64,000 nucleotides of DNA, taken from contig JAUGWO010000152.1 in assembly GCA_049724395.1 (NCBI GenBank), forward strand, positions 1 through 64,000, written 5' to 3'. Made by a program: the position numbers and the translations under genes. The stretch comes from Spongospora subterranea f. sp. subterranea. Taxonomy: Eukaryota. A model generated the notes under the pieces. That model did not search any database. It was not told where the DNA came from and saw only the letters and a program-made list of their open reading frames with translations. Positions 13,575 to 24,701 of this stretch are shown one piece after another; the stretch's first letter is position 1, and each line of letters opens with the position of its first letter.

Positions 13575-13756
13575 CGGGGAGAGACAAAACTCCCAAGAAA
13601 TGCCAACGGTCACATTTGAATTGAAAAAGGCACCAGGCTAGATGGATTTGATCGGGAGGAGATCCTGAATCTCATGGCGAAGTATAAGGTTTATATGGGC
13701 GTATTTAATTCAAAATGTGACCGTTGGCATTTTCTTGGGGGCTTCGTCTCTCCCCG
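13575..13756. repeat. Small foldback / MITE-like element with about 48-bp imperfect terminal inverted repeats
   Basis: CGGGGAGAGAC...AAATGCCAACGGTCACATTTGAATT at 13575-13622 is the reverse complement of 13707-13756. No clear target duplication. Confidence 0.6.
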
Positions 13757-15160
13757 ATGTAGTGTCTTCTGTTTGCATCATGACAGCTCGTTGATTCTCT
13801 GTCCTTGGCGCTTGGCTGCGCGAATCTTCACTTGAATCAATTTGAACAACTATACCAGTCGTACCGACATTCTAACATCACCTGCTATTCAACAGCTCTG
13901 TTGAAGCTTTCAGCCTTTGTCTTCCAAACATTCCAGCTCCTTCAGGTAATGTGGTTCCTTGTTCCGGCGATACTTCTTATATCTTCAAATCTAGACATAA
14001 TTGATAATACTAAGGTCATGTTTGGCGCGGCTTCTGCAACACGTCTATTCTCGGATGAATAAGCAGGGCGATTCCTTGACAAAAGAGTTGGCAAAAGGAA
14101 CAGAGTTTCTCTCTACCTGGGTTACTGAAGTCGAAAATTATACAAGCCAAGATTATTTGGATTCCATTTGAGGTCCTTGCTAAAATTTTATTTGAAATCG
14201 ACGGTGATTTTACTTTTGCTCATTTCAAAATGATTGTTGCAGGTATTGTGTCATTTTATTTTTGAATGCGTCTTAACATACGGGCACGACATAAAAGTCG
14301 TATCCGTTATTTTGACCGATTTTGGCGCAACAGTTTTGGTGTTAACCACGAGGGTGTTTTGATTATATGAGTACTTTGTTGTAGGAGCTGAGACAGCAAG
14401 TATTTATACTCAGTCATCATCAATGTCTCTGTAGACCACCATTGCCGCGTTGATTGCTGGTTTTGCAGAAGAACTGCATTGAAACTGCATTGCAACCAGG
14501 TTGTGATTCGGTATAAGAACTGTACATTTAAACAACAGGAACATCTCATCATCACAAATATTGCAAGCAAGTACAGACCCTAACGATCAAGGCTATGCCA
14601 CATTGAGTATTGTTGATTAGGTTGCTTATCGGATCGCGAGATGATAATGTGCCGCTGTTGATAGCACGACCAGTTTTTGTCCGGACACATTATATGTTTG
14701 TTTTGAATGGGGAATAACGCTTGATGGCAATATCAATAACAATATGCAATTGTTCATGATCTGTCAATTGTTCATGTAATTCCTACATAAAATGAGCTCT
14801 GTTGTGAAATACCGACAGCTCAACTCAGATTTGAGTTGCGTTTACCATTTTTTCACCGATTTCGCTGGTTTGTCTGAAGCTGTGGTTTTGGACCTGATTG
14901 CCACATAACCACATTTATCTGAGAGGATTGATCGTCGCTTTACAAAGGCGTTGCTGACGTCAACAGCACCTCCGATCTGCCGATGCCCCATTTTGAAACG
15001 GCCTTCATCCAACGACGCTCATCTTTTGTGATCATCCCACGGTTCGAGGGGTTGTTGATGACACTGTTGTTGTCCACATTATTTCTACTTCATTCCGGTC
15101 AGGTATTTGTGAAATGTTCGCTGTTGAATGGACAATGAGGAAAGGCTGATTTTATTGTTG

Positions 15161-15850
15161 TTATAGTTCAGGGAAACTGACCGGGATGGAATGGGTTGGT
15201 AGTCTCATTCCAGCTGGACGGGTTGGAGAATGTGATGCCATATCGTACGAGGACATCAATACCGGTTGGGCCAGGTAAACCAGCACAATCATCATCAATG
15301 TCGTGATCACCAACAGTACTGAAAACAGGCACAATGGAATGAACGGCGCGCTATACAGAACACCACTCGATGCAATATATCCAGAATTGACGGCCTACAA
15401 CCCACAATCACAACTTATTCAAAGGACGAGAAGCAAAACAAGGTGGTGAAAAGATTCCAATCTAAACAAATATCGTCTTGACGATAAATGATCAAATATG
15501 GAAGATTTCATGTCAAATAAACTGTGGATTGATTGGCCTTGGCGTGATATTACCGCAATAAGGGCAACATTGGCCAAAATAAAGTTGAGACCCAAAAATG
15601 TGCCAATATTGAAGGTAGTCCGATAGGCTGGATCAAATAGGAATGGGATGGCGATCAGGCTGGGGAATATGAACATGAAACTCATCCAGACCAGAACGAA
15701 CGTATCGGCGCTGGTCAGGAAGGTGACACTAGCACAGATCCAGGCTGTAATCGAGAAGGCAATTACAATAATCACGTGCAGAGCCCAGATCGATAACAGC
15801 CATTTCAATATGGGTGGTGATGCGTTCCAGGTCGATTTAGGGGACAACAT
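15161..15850 (-). CDS. Multi-pass (about 4 TM) membrane protein of unknown function, paralog 1; two exons
   Basis: Hydrophobic ORF 'MLSPKSTW..LLSIWALHVIIVIAFSI..'. GT-AG intron about 15395-15553; exon 2 'AVNSGYIAS..PEL*'. Aligns with the gene at 18825-19518. Confidence 0.7.
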
Positions 15851-16229
15851 CGCCGAATGATCGGTCGTTTTCCTAATTCTCGGGAAAACGGATGGGCGAA
15901 TTGGTGGACCATATATCCTTATGGACAGGAAACTTGACAAAGATTAAGAGATCAATGAGAGAACGACAGCACATGATGACCTTTGACCGGTGTATGAACA
16001 CACAGTGTAATCTTTGACCAGAGATTACGATTGAGAATGGAACAGCAAATCAACGATATTTGGAAGCGGCAAGACGGCAAAAATATTGGGGAGTTTTCGG
16101 ACATTTGAGGAAAGTTTGCTCCCGATTGAATTTAGTCCATAAAAACGCGCCCATAATTCCAACCGGTCAATAACAACAAGGTACTCTTGATAACGATATA
16201 GCAATGTTCATCGGTAGACGAGTGATGAT

Positions 16230-18330
16230 GACGGCGACACCAATCGTGGAAATTCAGATAAGAGGTGGACACCATAAGGTTCAACACCAGGCTTGAACCT
16301 GATCCCAGAGTTGATGCCACTAATTGGGAAATTTTGAGGCGCAATATTGAGGCCTAATTCACCGATTTATACATGAGCCAAGCACCGGATCAACACTGAA
16401 CGACGAAATGAACGTGCAGCGTTGGCGGATGATCATCATGCATCTGGCACAGGTGCGGTACAAGCAGATCAGCGACTGTGCGACAACCAAACAAGCGTGG
16501 CGATGTTGCAAACCATTTACGACGAAGCAAAACCAAAAGGTGAATCTGGGGCTATATTTATCGAGTATATTCCAACCGGAAGGATTTCTCAAGCAGAGCG
16601 GGCACCATAAGGACTGTTCACTTGAGAAATCCAGACAATTATGCGCCGCCGAGTCGCCTCTTTGTTTCGTCGTAAATGGTTTGCAATTTTCGCAACACTT
16701 GATCAGTTCTCGTGGTGCATTTTGAGTAAGCATTGGGTGAGATCCTTATTAATTCATCATTATGATCAACATATCGCTCCCTAAAAACTCTTAAGCGAGA
16801 TTGATTTATGATCGAGGATGGACATCTTGTTGGTTCCTTCAGGGATTGCTTAAAGTCGACTGATTTGATCGCTTCTACAAGTTCAGGTTGCCATGTTCGC
16901 CCTGATTGTTTCAGTCCGTACATGGCTTTGCTAAGCAGACATATTTGGTCGCCGCCGTGCTCAACCAAGCCTTCCAGACGTTAGAGGTAGATCGGGGTCA
17001 ATAAGGGAGCGTTGAAATACGCGGTTGTAAAATCGAAGGGGTGAATCATCAAGTTCAGGCTGGTCGCGATGCAGATAAGAATGCGGATGGAGACTCCTGT
17101 AATCACGGTTGATCAAGTTTCATGATAATCAACGCCGTACTGTTGGGTATAGCCTTTCCACAAATCGAGCTTTGTAACGCTCGTCGCCGTTCGGGAGTCG
17201 CTTCTTGGTAAAGATTCAGCGTGATGCATTGCTTTCGAGTATGCAGGCAAAATGGGGAGTGTCCATGCACCATGTTTGCGGTGTGGTTCAAGTTCGTCTA
17301 ATGCAGCTGCGTGCCATTGAGTCGCGCCTGGTCTCATCTTTGCGACAGTGTGATTTCGGGGGTATTCGGCAGAGGCGTACAGTAGTTCCCGCAGATGATG
17401 TTGTTTAATCCTTGAGGGTCGATGGTCTGGAGTGGATCGGGGGTGCTTTCCAGTGTCGATGCATCGGTGGTCGCACGGAATGAATGCTCGTTGAAAGTGA
17501 CATCTCGTCGAACGCAGATTGTCTTAATCTCAATGTGCTGTAGCATGTAGTTTCTCTTTTGATATGGCGCGTTGCCGAAGAAGGCCTTAGATGATGTACG
17601 TGCGGTCTAAATCCGATCCGAGTTCATGTGGGGTGCGACAGTTGATTCGTTGCGGCGGGAGGCGGTTCATTGTATAGACAGAATTGTATTCTTCGAATGA
17701 CCAGTAATCGTAAGGCAGTTTCGATATTTGATTAAGGTGCATCGTGCCATTGCTCCATGATCGTCTGGTTTCTTCGCTCGGCTTGTCCATATTGTTGTGA
17801 GCTGTGTGGAACGGGTCGCTAATGCTTGATGCTCTTAAACGTTGTCACTCTCTGTGTCGCCTCTAATTGGCTGTTGGTGATGAATAGCTTTGTTGCGTTG
17901 AGTTCCTCTTCCGCGCTCCTGTGTTTCAACCACGTTATTCCTGTCGAGGAAGGAAATAGGTAGTTAAAGGTGATGTGGTAGCGATACCATCGCGGCTTGG
18001 TACTAGGAAATGGTCCTTTGATGTCGAATGATATGATTTCAAAGGGTCGTGTGGGTTTGGTCAATGGCTGCTTGCGTGACCTTTCGTCAACGCGGATGCC
18101 GGATGTCTGTTGGGCTTGTTTTTGCAATTTAGTTCAGGATGATGTATGCGACAGTCTTTATCGGAGTGGTTCATCATCTTGCAATTCGAGCAAGACTTCG
18201 GTGATTTATTGAAACTTCTTAATCGAAAACTTAACGTTGGAATTTCCGAGTTTAGGTTGCCCAAGTCTGTTTGCGGTATGTATGCCGTCTCCGAACCTCC
18301 ATCGTGTTCTGCAATTAGTAACAGATTAGT
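16230..18330. mobile_element. Degenerate Copia fragments: gag on + (16230-16620), gag/integrase/RT on - (16640-18330)
   Basis: 'LSKAMYGLKQSGRTW', 'KGYTQQYGVDYHET', 'RRDVTFNE', 'FEIISFDIKGPF', 'CSNCKMMNHSDKDC', with many stops and frameshifts. Confidence 0.88.
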
Positions 18331-18726
18331 CAATCTCGGTATCGTGTTTACCTGTCATGCCTGGGCAGCCGTATTTACGTGTCCAGACGATCAGTCAATC
18401 TCGGTATCGTGTTTACCTGTCATTCCTGGGCAGCCGTCTTTACGTGTCCAGACGATCAGTCAATCTCGGTATCGTGTTTACCTGTCATGCCTGGGCAGCC
18501 GTATTTACGTGTCCAGACGATCAGTCAACCTCGGTATCGTGTTTTCCTGTCATGCCTGGGCAGCCGTTTTTACGTGTCCAGACGATCAGTCAATCTCGGT
18601 ATCGTGTTTACCTGTCATGCCTGGGCAGCCTTCTTTACGTGTCCAGACGATCAGTCAATCTCGGTATCGTGTTTACCTGTCATGCCTGGGCAGCCGTATA
18701 TACGTGTCCAGACGATCAGTCAATCT
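18328..18726. repeat. Tandem array, 65-bp unit, 6 copies plus a partial
   Basis: Unit AGTCAATCTCGGTATCGTGTTTACCTGTCATGCCTGGGCAGCCGTATTTACGTGTCCAGACGATC starts at 18328, 18393 and so on to 18718. Confidence 0.97.
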
Positions 18727-18824
18727 TTGGGTGTTTTTCTAAAACCTCAAACGCAGTCTCATTATACTCTCGACGAAAACAGGATGATAAATTGAATCGA
18801 TGTGCGATGTCATATAAAGGTGTA

Positions 18825-19518
18825 TTACCCAACACGTGGGGGCTGTTCGATAATTTGACGAGGAAGCACGCTGGGAGCTGACTTGTCTCGCTGCTCGTAT
18901 TCTTCCTCGTTCGTATAGGGCATCACGTTTGGGTTCTTCCTGTACGTTTCGGCAAGAATTGTTTGGGCGACGAACGTCAGAATCGCCTCAACCAACGTAG
19001 TCAACGTCAACAGAGCCGCGAATACTGTCACTACCACGAAAGGTGGGCTACGTGGGCTTTGATGTGATGCGATATATCCTGCATTGACAGCCTGAAACAA
19101 ACCCATTTCAGAATACAAGTTCACTCCCAACAAAAAAAAACAAAAGGTTTCATGAAGAGCAAATTTGTTACGAAAACAACCAGTGAGGAGAAGTTGAAAA
19201 ATCGTTGACGAAATAGGTTGAAGGAAAGGCAAATATTGTACTGTTATGAGGGCAACCGACGTCAAGATGACGTTAAAACCGAAGAAGAGGCCGATATTGC
19301 TGGAGTATCGGAAGTTTCTATCGAACACGAGCATGAAACTGAACAGGCCCGGGAATATAAACAGGAACGTCGTCCAAACAAGGACGAAAGAGCCGGCCCT
19401 GTTGATCTGCACGTTGATGGCGGCGACCCATGTCGAGATCGAAGAAGCCGATCACACACATCACATGCAGGCCCCAGATCATCCAGAGAAGCCATCTGCC
19501 TATCACCGATTTGATCAA
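18825..19518 (-). CDS. Multi-pass membrane protein of unknown function, paralog 2; two exons, one apparent 1-nt frameshift near 19445
   Basis: 'MIKSVIGRWLLWMIWGLHVMCVIGF/SISTWVAAINVQINRAGSFVLVWTTFLFIFPGL'. Intron about 19092-19241 at the same position as in paralog 1 (LIT|AVN versus LIA|AVN). Confidence 0.7.
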
Positions 19519-19789
19519 TGACCTCGTCGCTGGTGTGCTGCAGGGTCATGCTGGTGGCGTCTCTTCTCATGACAACCACTCTGTTGGTTTATGAGCTCTT
19601 GTTCCTCTGGTCTCTGTAGCACACCTTCGAAAAGTTGATAACAGCGATTGCAGCTTTAACAATTTCAAGCAATGTATAAAAACAAAGTTGATCATAAACA
19701 CTCCGGTCGTTTTCAGTTAACATCCCAGAAAATCACCTGGACGACAAGAAGATACACCTACCGGGAGGTCTTGTGAGAATAAGGAGCAA

Positions 19790-19885
19790 AACTAGTAAAC
19801 AGTGAGGTGTACATTTTTGAAGGAACAACGATTGCAGCAAAGGAAGGACTAAGCGAATCGACGTACGATATCACTTTATCCCCCG
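19790..19885 (+). mobile_element. Tiny Copia RNase H remnant
   Basis: 'RTKRIDVRYHFI' at about 19846-19880. Confidence 0.55.
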
Positions 19886-20353
19886 TTTCAGGATCGCCAT
19901 CATCGATGGCAATGGTCAACCGACAACTTCAAGAAACCTCTCAGAGAACGAGGGTCTAAACCTCACCCAGCAACTATACGCTTCAACTCTGAAAGCTACT
20001 GTACTTTTCTCGATCACGACGTGGCTGGCCGACCTCAGATCTAAAAAAAACGTCCTCAAGAGGCATTGGATGGCCATCGTTGATCGTTGTGTCTTGTCAG
20101 CCTTTTTTATCTCGTGTTTTCCTGTCGACATGGGGAGAAGGTGTCCGCTTCCGAGACACATGATGGCAAGCGCAACGCCAAAAGTGATCGGTACGCCCAA
20201 CACGTTTTTAGCGAACGTCTGAACTTTGAGCCGCGATTGCAACGTTGAATCAACACGCTGACTCACAATTGTGTTGTGAGTGGGACGTTGAACAATTGAA
20301 AATATATATTTATTTCTGTAGGTTTATGCAAGAATATATAATGGAATTAGGCA

Positions 20354-21495
20354 TTATTTGCTGACCGAACTAGAGGAACTGATGCGCGGATAGATGACCT
20401 GCCAGAATAAGATGAAGATGAGCGCCAAGATAATGAGAAACGACATCAGCCATATCAATTTATCAGTCGCCAAACGTCTTCCCATACGTTTCGCTAAAAA
20501 CAGTGACCGTTCAACGTTGTCTTCAATTGCATACGCCTCGTCATGGATCACACCCAACTGTTCCGTTTGCAATTTCAGTTTGGCAGCAGTACTACAAGAA
20601 GCAACGCACGATCAGAAAACAAAACGCAACGCAATGTTTCCAAAACAATTGTCGAACCATCAATGAACAGTGAAATCAATTGTGCACGAAACGCTACAAA
20701 TCGAAAAATTCCAGAAACAGCGATATAGGACATATTGATATCAAAAACGTTATGTGGTTCATGTGGCGTTGAGACCGTACAGTTCCATTTCATTAGAAAA
20801 AAAAAACTTGTTTGTTATTGATATTTTATCGCGTCATTGCTGTCGTTTTTTGAAAGCAATACTACACAAAACCTGCAACCGAAATCAAATTAAAAACAAC
20901 AACAATAGCAAACGTACTGCTGAAAAAAAGAAAGGCCGAATACATGAAGCTCAAAGAAACCAGGAGAATATGATGAAGCATTGAAAGCTTACTCTTGACC
21001 GACAACCTTAGTATCCTCAAGAATCCTAATAGTTCTGTCGCCGGCGCTCTCTGTCTCACCCATCAGCCCTTTGCCATAGTCAATCAGCGACTTTTCGGTT
21101 ACGACTACACACGTATCAACGCGTTCTTCTGGGATCAGTGCCTCGCCGACTTCAGTCTTGGCCCAGGTCAATTCTCTGGTCACAGTTTTGATCGACTCTT
21201 GCACTGCGCGAACATTCTGCATAAAACCAGAGAAAGTTAGCGGAAATTATGGGTCACACCATTTATAGAATCAAACCTTTCGCCAAGCAGAAGCCTGTTC
21301 AACAGGGAGCGTTCTGACCTCAGCCCGAAACGCTTGGAAATCCTTGTCCATGCGGGCGAGCAGCCTGTCGATGCGGGTGATAAGAGCAAGTTTATCATCG
21401 GTATTGCGGAGCGACGACAGCTGGCTGAGCTGGCCTTCGGCGCGGGCCAGACTCTCGATGATTTCCTCGTGCCGAAGCACGACGCAATCCGTCAT
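20354..21495 (-). CDS. Qb-SNARE, NPSN (novel plant SNARE)-like; at least 3 exons, start uncertain
   Basis: Helical N-terminal exons (21271-21495, ~20995-21215). SNARE motif 'RTIRILEDTKVVGQE|TAAKLKLQTEQLGVIHDE...AKRMGRRLATDKLI' followed by a C-terminal TM helix. Confidence 0.8.
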
Positions 21496-23257
21496 TGACG
21501 ACCAGCGATAAAATATGACTTTACCTGGCGATAAACTCAAAATTATCTATAGTGGTTATTACTGTCCTGTAGTAACCGATTTGCGGAATTTTTCGATGAC
21601 ATTGCCGATCCTCCGGAAACTGCGAGACTGGGACTTGGTACTTGTGTGAAAAACGCAAACGTAATTGGTCTTCGCCACAAGTTAGTTCCGACGTGAGTTG
21701 ACGTTCCAGCCGTTGTTGGTGAGCATCTCTGGCACAAATTTGAGGACTATGTCGGTGCAACTTGATTGAATGGGTCCTGATTTGGCCTCTCAGGGCCATG
21801 TCAGTAATTCCAGTGCTAGGGCAACGGCCCTTATCCATGAATGAATGTCATGTCTGTCTCTCTTGACTACGATCAAGAAATGCTTGGAATGTGTTTCTGG
21901 ATGAGAACCGATGACGTAGCTACCGCGTGAGCCCCCCTTGCGCCAACCCAACCCGTCCACACGCCTGTTTCAGAACCTCTGACAGGGATCCGAAAAGTCA
22001 GGACCCATGCAACCATGTTTGTATTGACACTTCCCCAACATCGTGAAGGTATCATGGAACCACTCGATGGACTTCGCCAAAATTACCATAATGACAACTT
22101 GTTTTCGTTTTCAAGTGGGTGGGCTCGTGTCGTCGCAGTTAAAATTGTTCTGCGTCCGTAAAACTGGCGACAACAATGCTGTGAGCGTATGCCTTTCGTT
22201 AGGTACAGTAATGAAATATTATCCTAGCAAACCCCACAATGTTAATATAAATAGGTGGCCGTGTTCCCTTTATTCGGCAATATGCCCTCTTGAACCCCGC
22301 AAACCGTAGAGGGTTTTTTATTTGAATTGACGGAACAGTTTCTGCCGGTGCAGACTTTGATGTTCTCATAACAAGTCGTGACCTCTTGAATTTGTGGTTT
22401 GACGCGGTACGATATGTTGAACAATTGCACAAGGTGTTGTTCGTGAACACTTGTTGACATATTGACCAAGCGGATTCGAACCTGAAACAACTAAACTAGA
22501 GAAATAGGGTCATCTCCCGAGGAAATGACTTAATTTAGCTGTGTAAAAACTGAGTCATCTTCGCCATCTTTGTATCGACAACGCTGGGTCATTCGTAGAT
22601 GTTCTGGAACCTCAGCTGTTTGTGCCGATGAGCCCTCGAAGAGACAATAACCACCTCAATATGCCTTTTTGCAAGGCATTCGGATACATGTGCTACAGGT
22701 TCGGTCACCAAGCTGGAAGATCCTCTGTTAAGGAATGGATGGAACACCAATCCAAGCACATTACATCTGTCAACAAGTCTCTTGTTATCCTTTACAATGG
22801 GGACTTAGTTGGCAATCGGTAGTTCCCGATTAGCAATTAATGATGATAACACTCTCTGAAGCTGCAATTTACACTACCCTGTCGTTGTATTAGGCACGCT
22901 GGCTGATTTATTTATTCGTAATGAACAACACATCTGACATATTACATACGAGGGTAAAGAGCACATTTTTAGGTGAACCAATTGCCCTATGTTCACACAT
23001 ATTTTCCAGACATAATTGAAAGGTACGATTATTGCTCAAAAAGAGGAGAAAAAAGCGACGGCTCAGAAGGCTACCTTTGAAGTCTTCAAGATGGCGGAAT
23101 GCCAATTGTGTTCGCAAGGCTTGAATTCAGCCGTATTGAAATTACGAAAACACCGTCCGACTTTGAATGGTGTTGGTTCTAACAAAGCACCTATAACGTG
23201 CGTAAAGACCACATGAATGGTCGCTGAGGCGCCAATAATCGGTCATATTGTAAAGCA

Positions 23258-24245
23258 ATGAGCGAGGATAAGCCTACTGGTCAAATGGTGCAGGAGGCGC
23301 ACGCCGCCATGGCGGAAGCGCTACACCGGGCAGCAGAGGTCGTGTCCCCTCAAGAGTCGGCCAATCTGACTGAGGAACCAGCGCCCGGGATTGCTGAACG
23401 CACTAAGAATTTGATCCAGGAAGCCGTCGAATCCACTAAGCAGGCACTACATGTTGGTAAAGAAGCAGGCCAGGAGACAATAGAGGGCGAAAAGCCAGGA
23501 GTTACAGAGCGAATCAAACAGGCAGTTCAGGGCGCGAAAGATAACGCCCAGGAAACTGTAGAAGGCGTTCAACCCGGGGTTGCAGAGCACCTCAAAAGCG
23601 GCCTAGCAACGATGAGAGATAGAACAAAGGAGGCTGGGCCAGAAATTATTGATCGCATTAAACAGGTAATTCCACCAGCTGAGAAAGGCAAGCAGGTATG
23701 GGAGGAAGGCAAGGTTAAAGTGAAACAAGGCTTAGACTCCGCAAAAAGTATGGCGCCCTCTCCAGGAGAAGCATATGAGACAATGAGTGAGAGCGTAAGC
23801 GGTGCCGTTAAGAGCGGCAAAGAAGCTATCAGCAAGATCTCAACGTCGACAAGCCAACGCGGCGATGTTGCCGGCGGATGCAATGTGCCAGGTGGTCTTG
23901 GGCTATCTCCTGTTCCAGGAGCAGCCTCTTACGCTGGTGTCGGATCCCCAACTGGTGCTACTGAGCTGTCAGGCGCAACCCCAGTCACAAGTCGCCCTGT
24001 GATTGAAAATGAGGATCAACCCACTGGAATGACTGGGAAATTGAAAGAGGCCGTTTTTGCGGGAACATCGCGGTTATGGGGTGATCGTCGCCCGGAAATG
24101 ATTGATGAAACCCTAGAAAGTGCCAAGCAGAAGACGTCCGAAACTATGGCTTCAAGGTGAAGCCGCCCTTCATGAGCCCAGCCTAATGGAGAAAGCTAAA
24201 GACAAGGTTTCCGAAGCGATAGGGAAAGTCGAAGGCCGTCTATGA
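23258..24245 (+). CDS. LEA-like hydrophilic repeat protein; ORF 23258-24160, probably extending to 24245 across a 1-nt frameshift
   Basis: Intronless 300-aa ORF rich in A/E/K/G with repeats 'PGIAERTK/PGVTERIK/PGVAEHLK'. The shifted frame continues 'GEAALHEPSLMEKAKDKVSEAIGKVEGRL*'. Confidence 0.7.
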
Positions 24246-24701
24246 GTAAAGGGTTTCCAGATTTTCGCTGGATCGAAAAACTTACCAATAGATAAAGTAT
24301 GTAGTAGCGAAACAAAAGAAAACGCCAAAGTCCTTAGACTCAATCAAAAACCATGCTTTAGAATCGTCAAACGCTCCCTGGTCAGGGATGCCGCATCCTG
24401 ATTTTATGTCAACTCCGAAAATTTCAACAGAATTGGCCTCCCGATTTGCTTACATGGATGACGAGTTTCTCTGTTTGCATTGCCCCATGAAAATGCATCA
24501 TAGCGAACACGGGTGGGAATAATTTCGTGCGAGATTCACAGGACCCAACAATGTGAAAGTTGCGCGCAAAAACATTTTCTGCGAAACCTGTCCGACGGCT
24601 TATGATAAGTCCGGCAAATGATTTCCCATACAGATCTAATGCGAGGCGGGGGTTTCAATTCTCATCATCTGTAGCATTTACAATCCGATTCGACCACAGC
24701 C

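Noticed and set aside
13800..15100. Short ORFs as a gene
   Set aside because: There is no consistent exon chain or recognisable motif.
18146..18881. Three overlapping ORFs of 138-198 aa on +
   Set aside because: They are by-products of the stop-free 65-bp tandem array.
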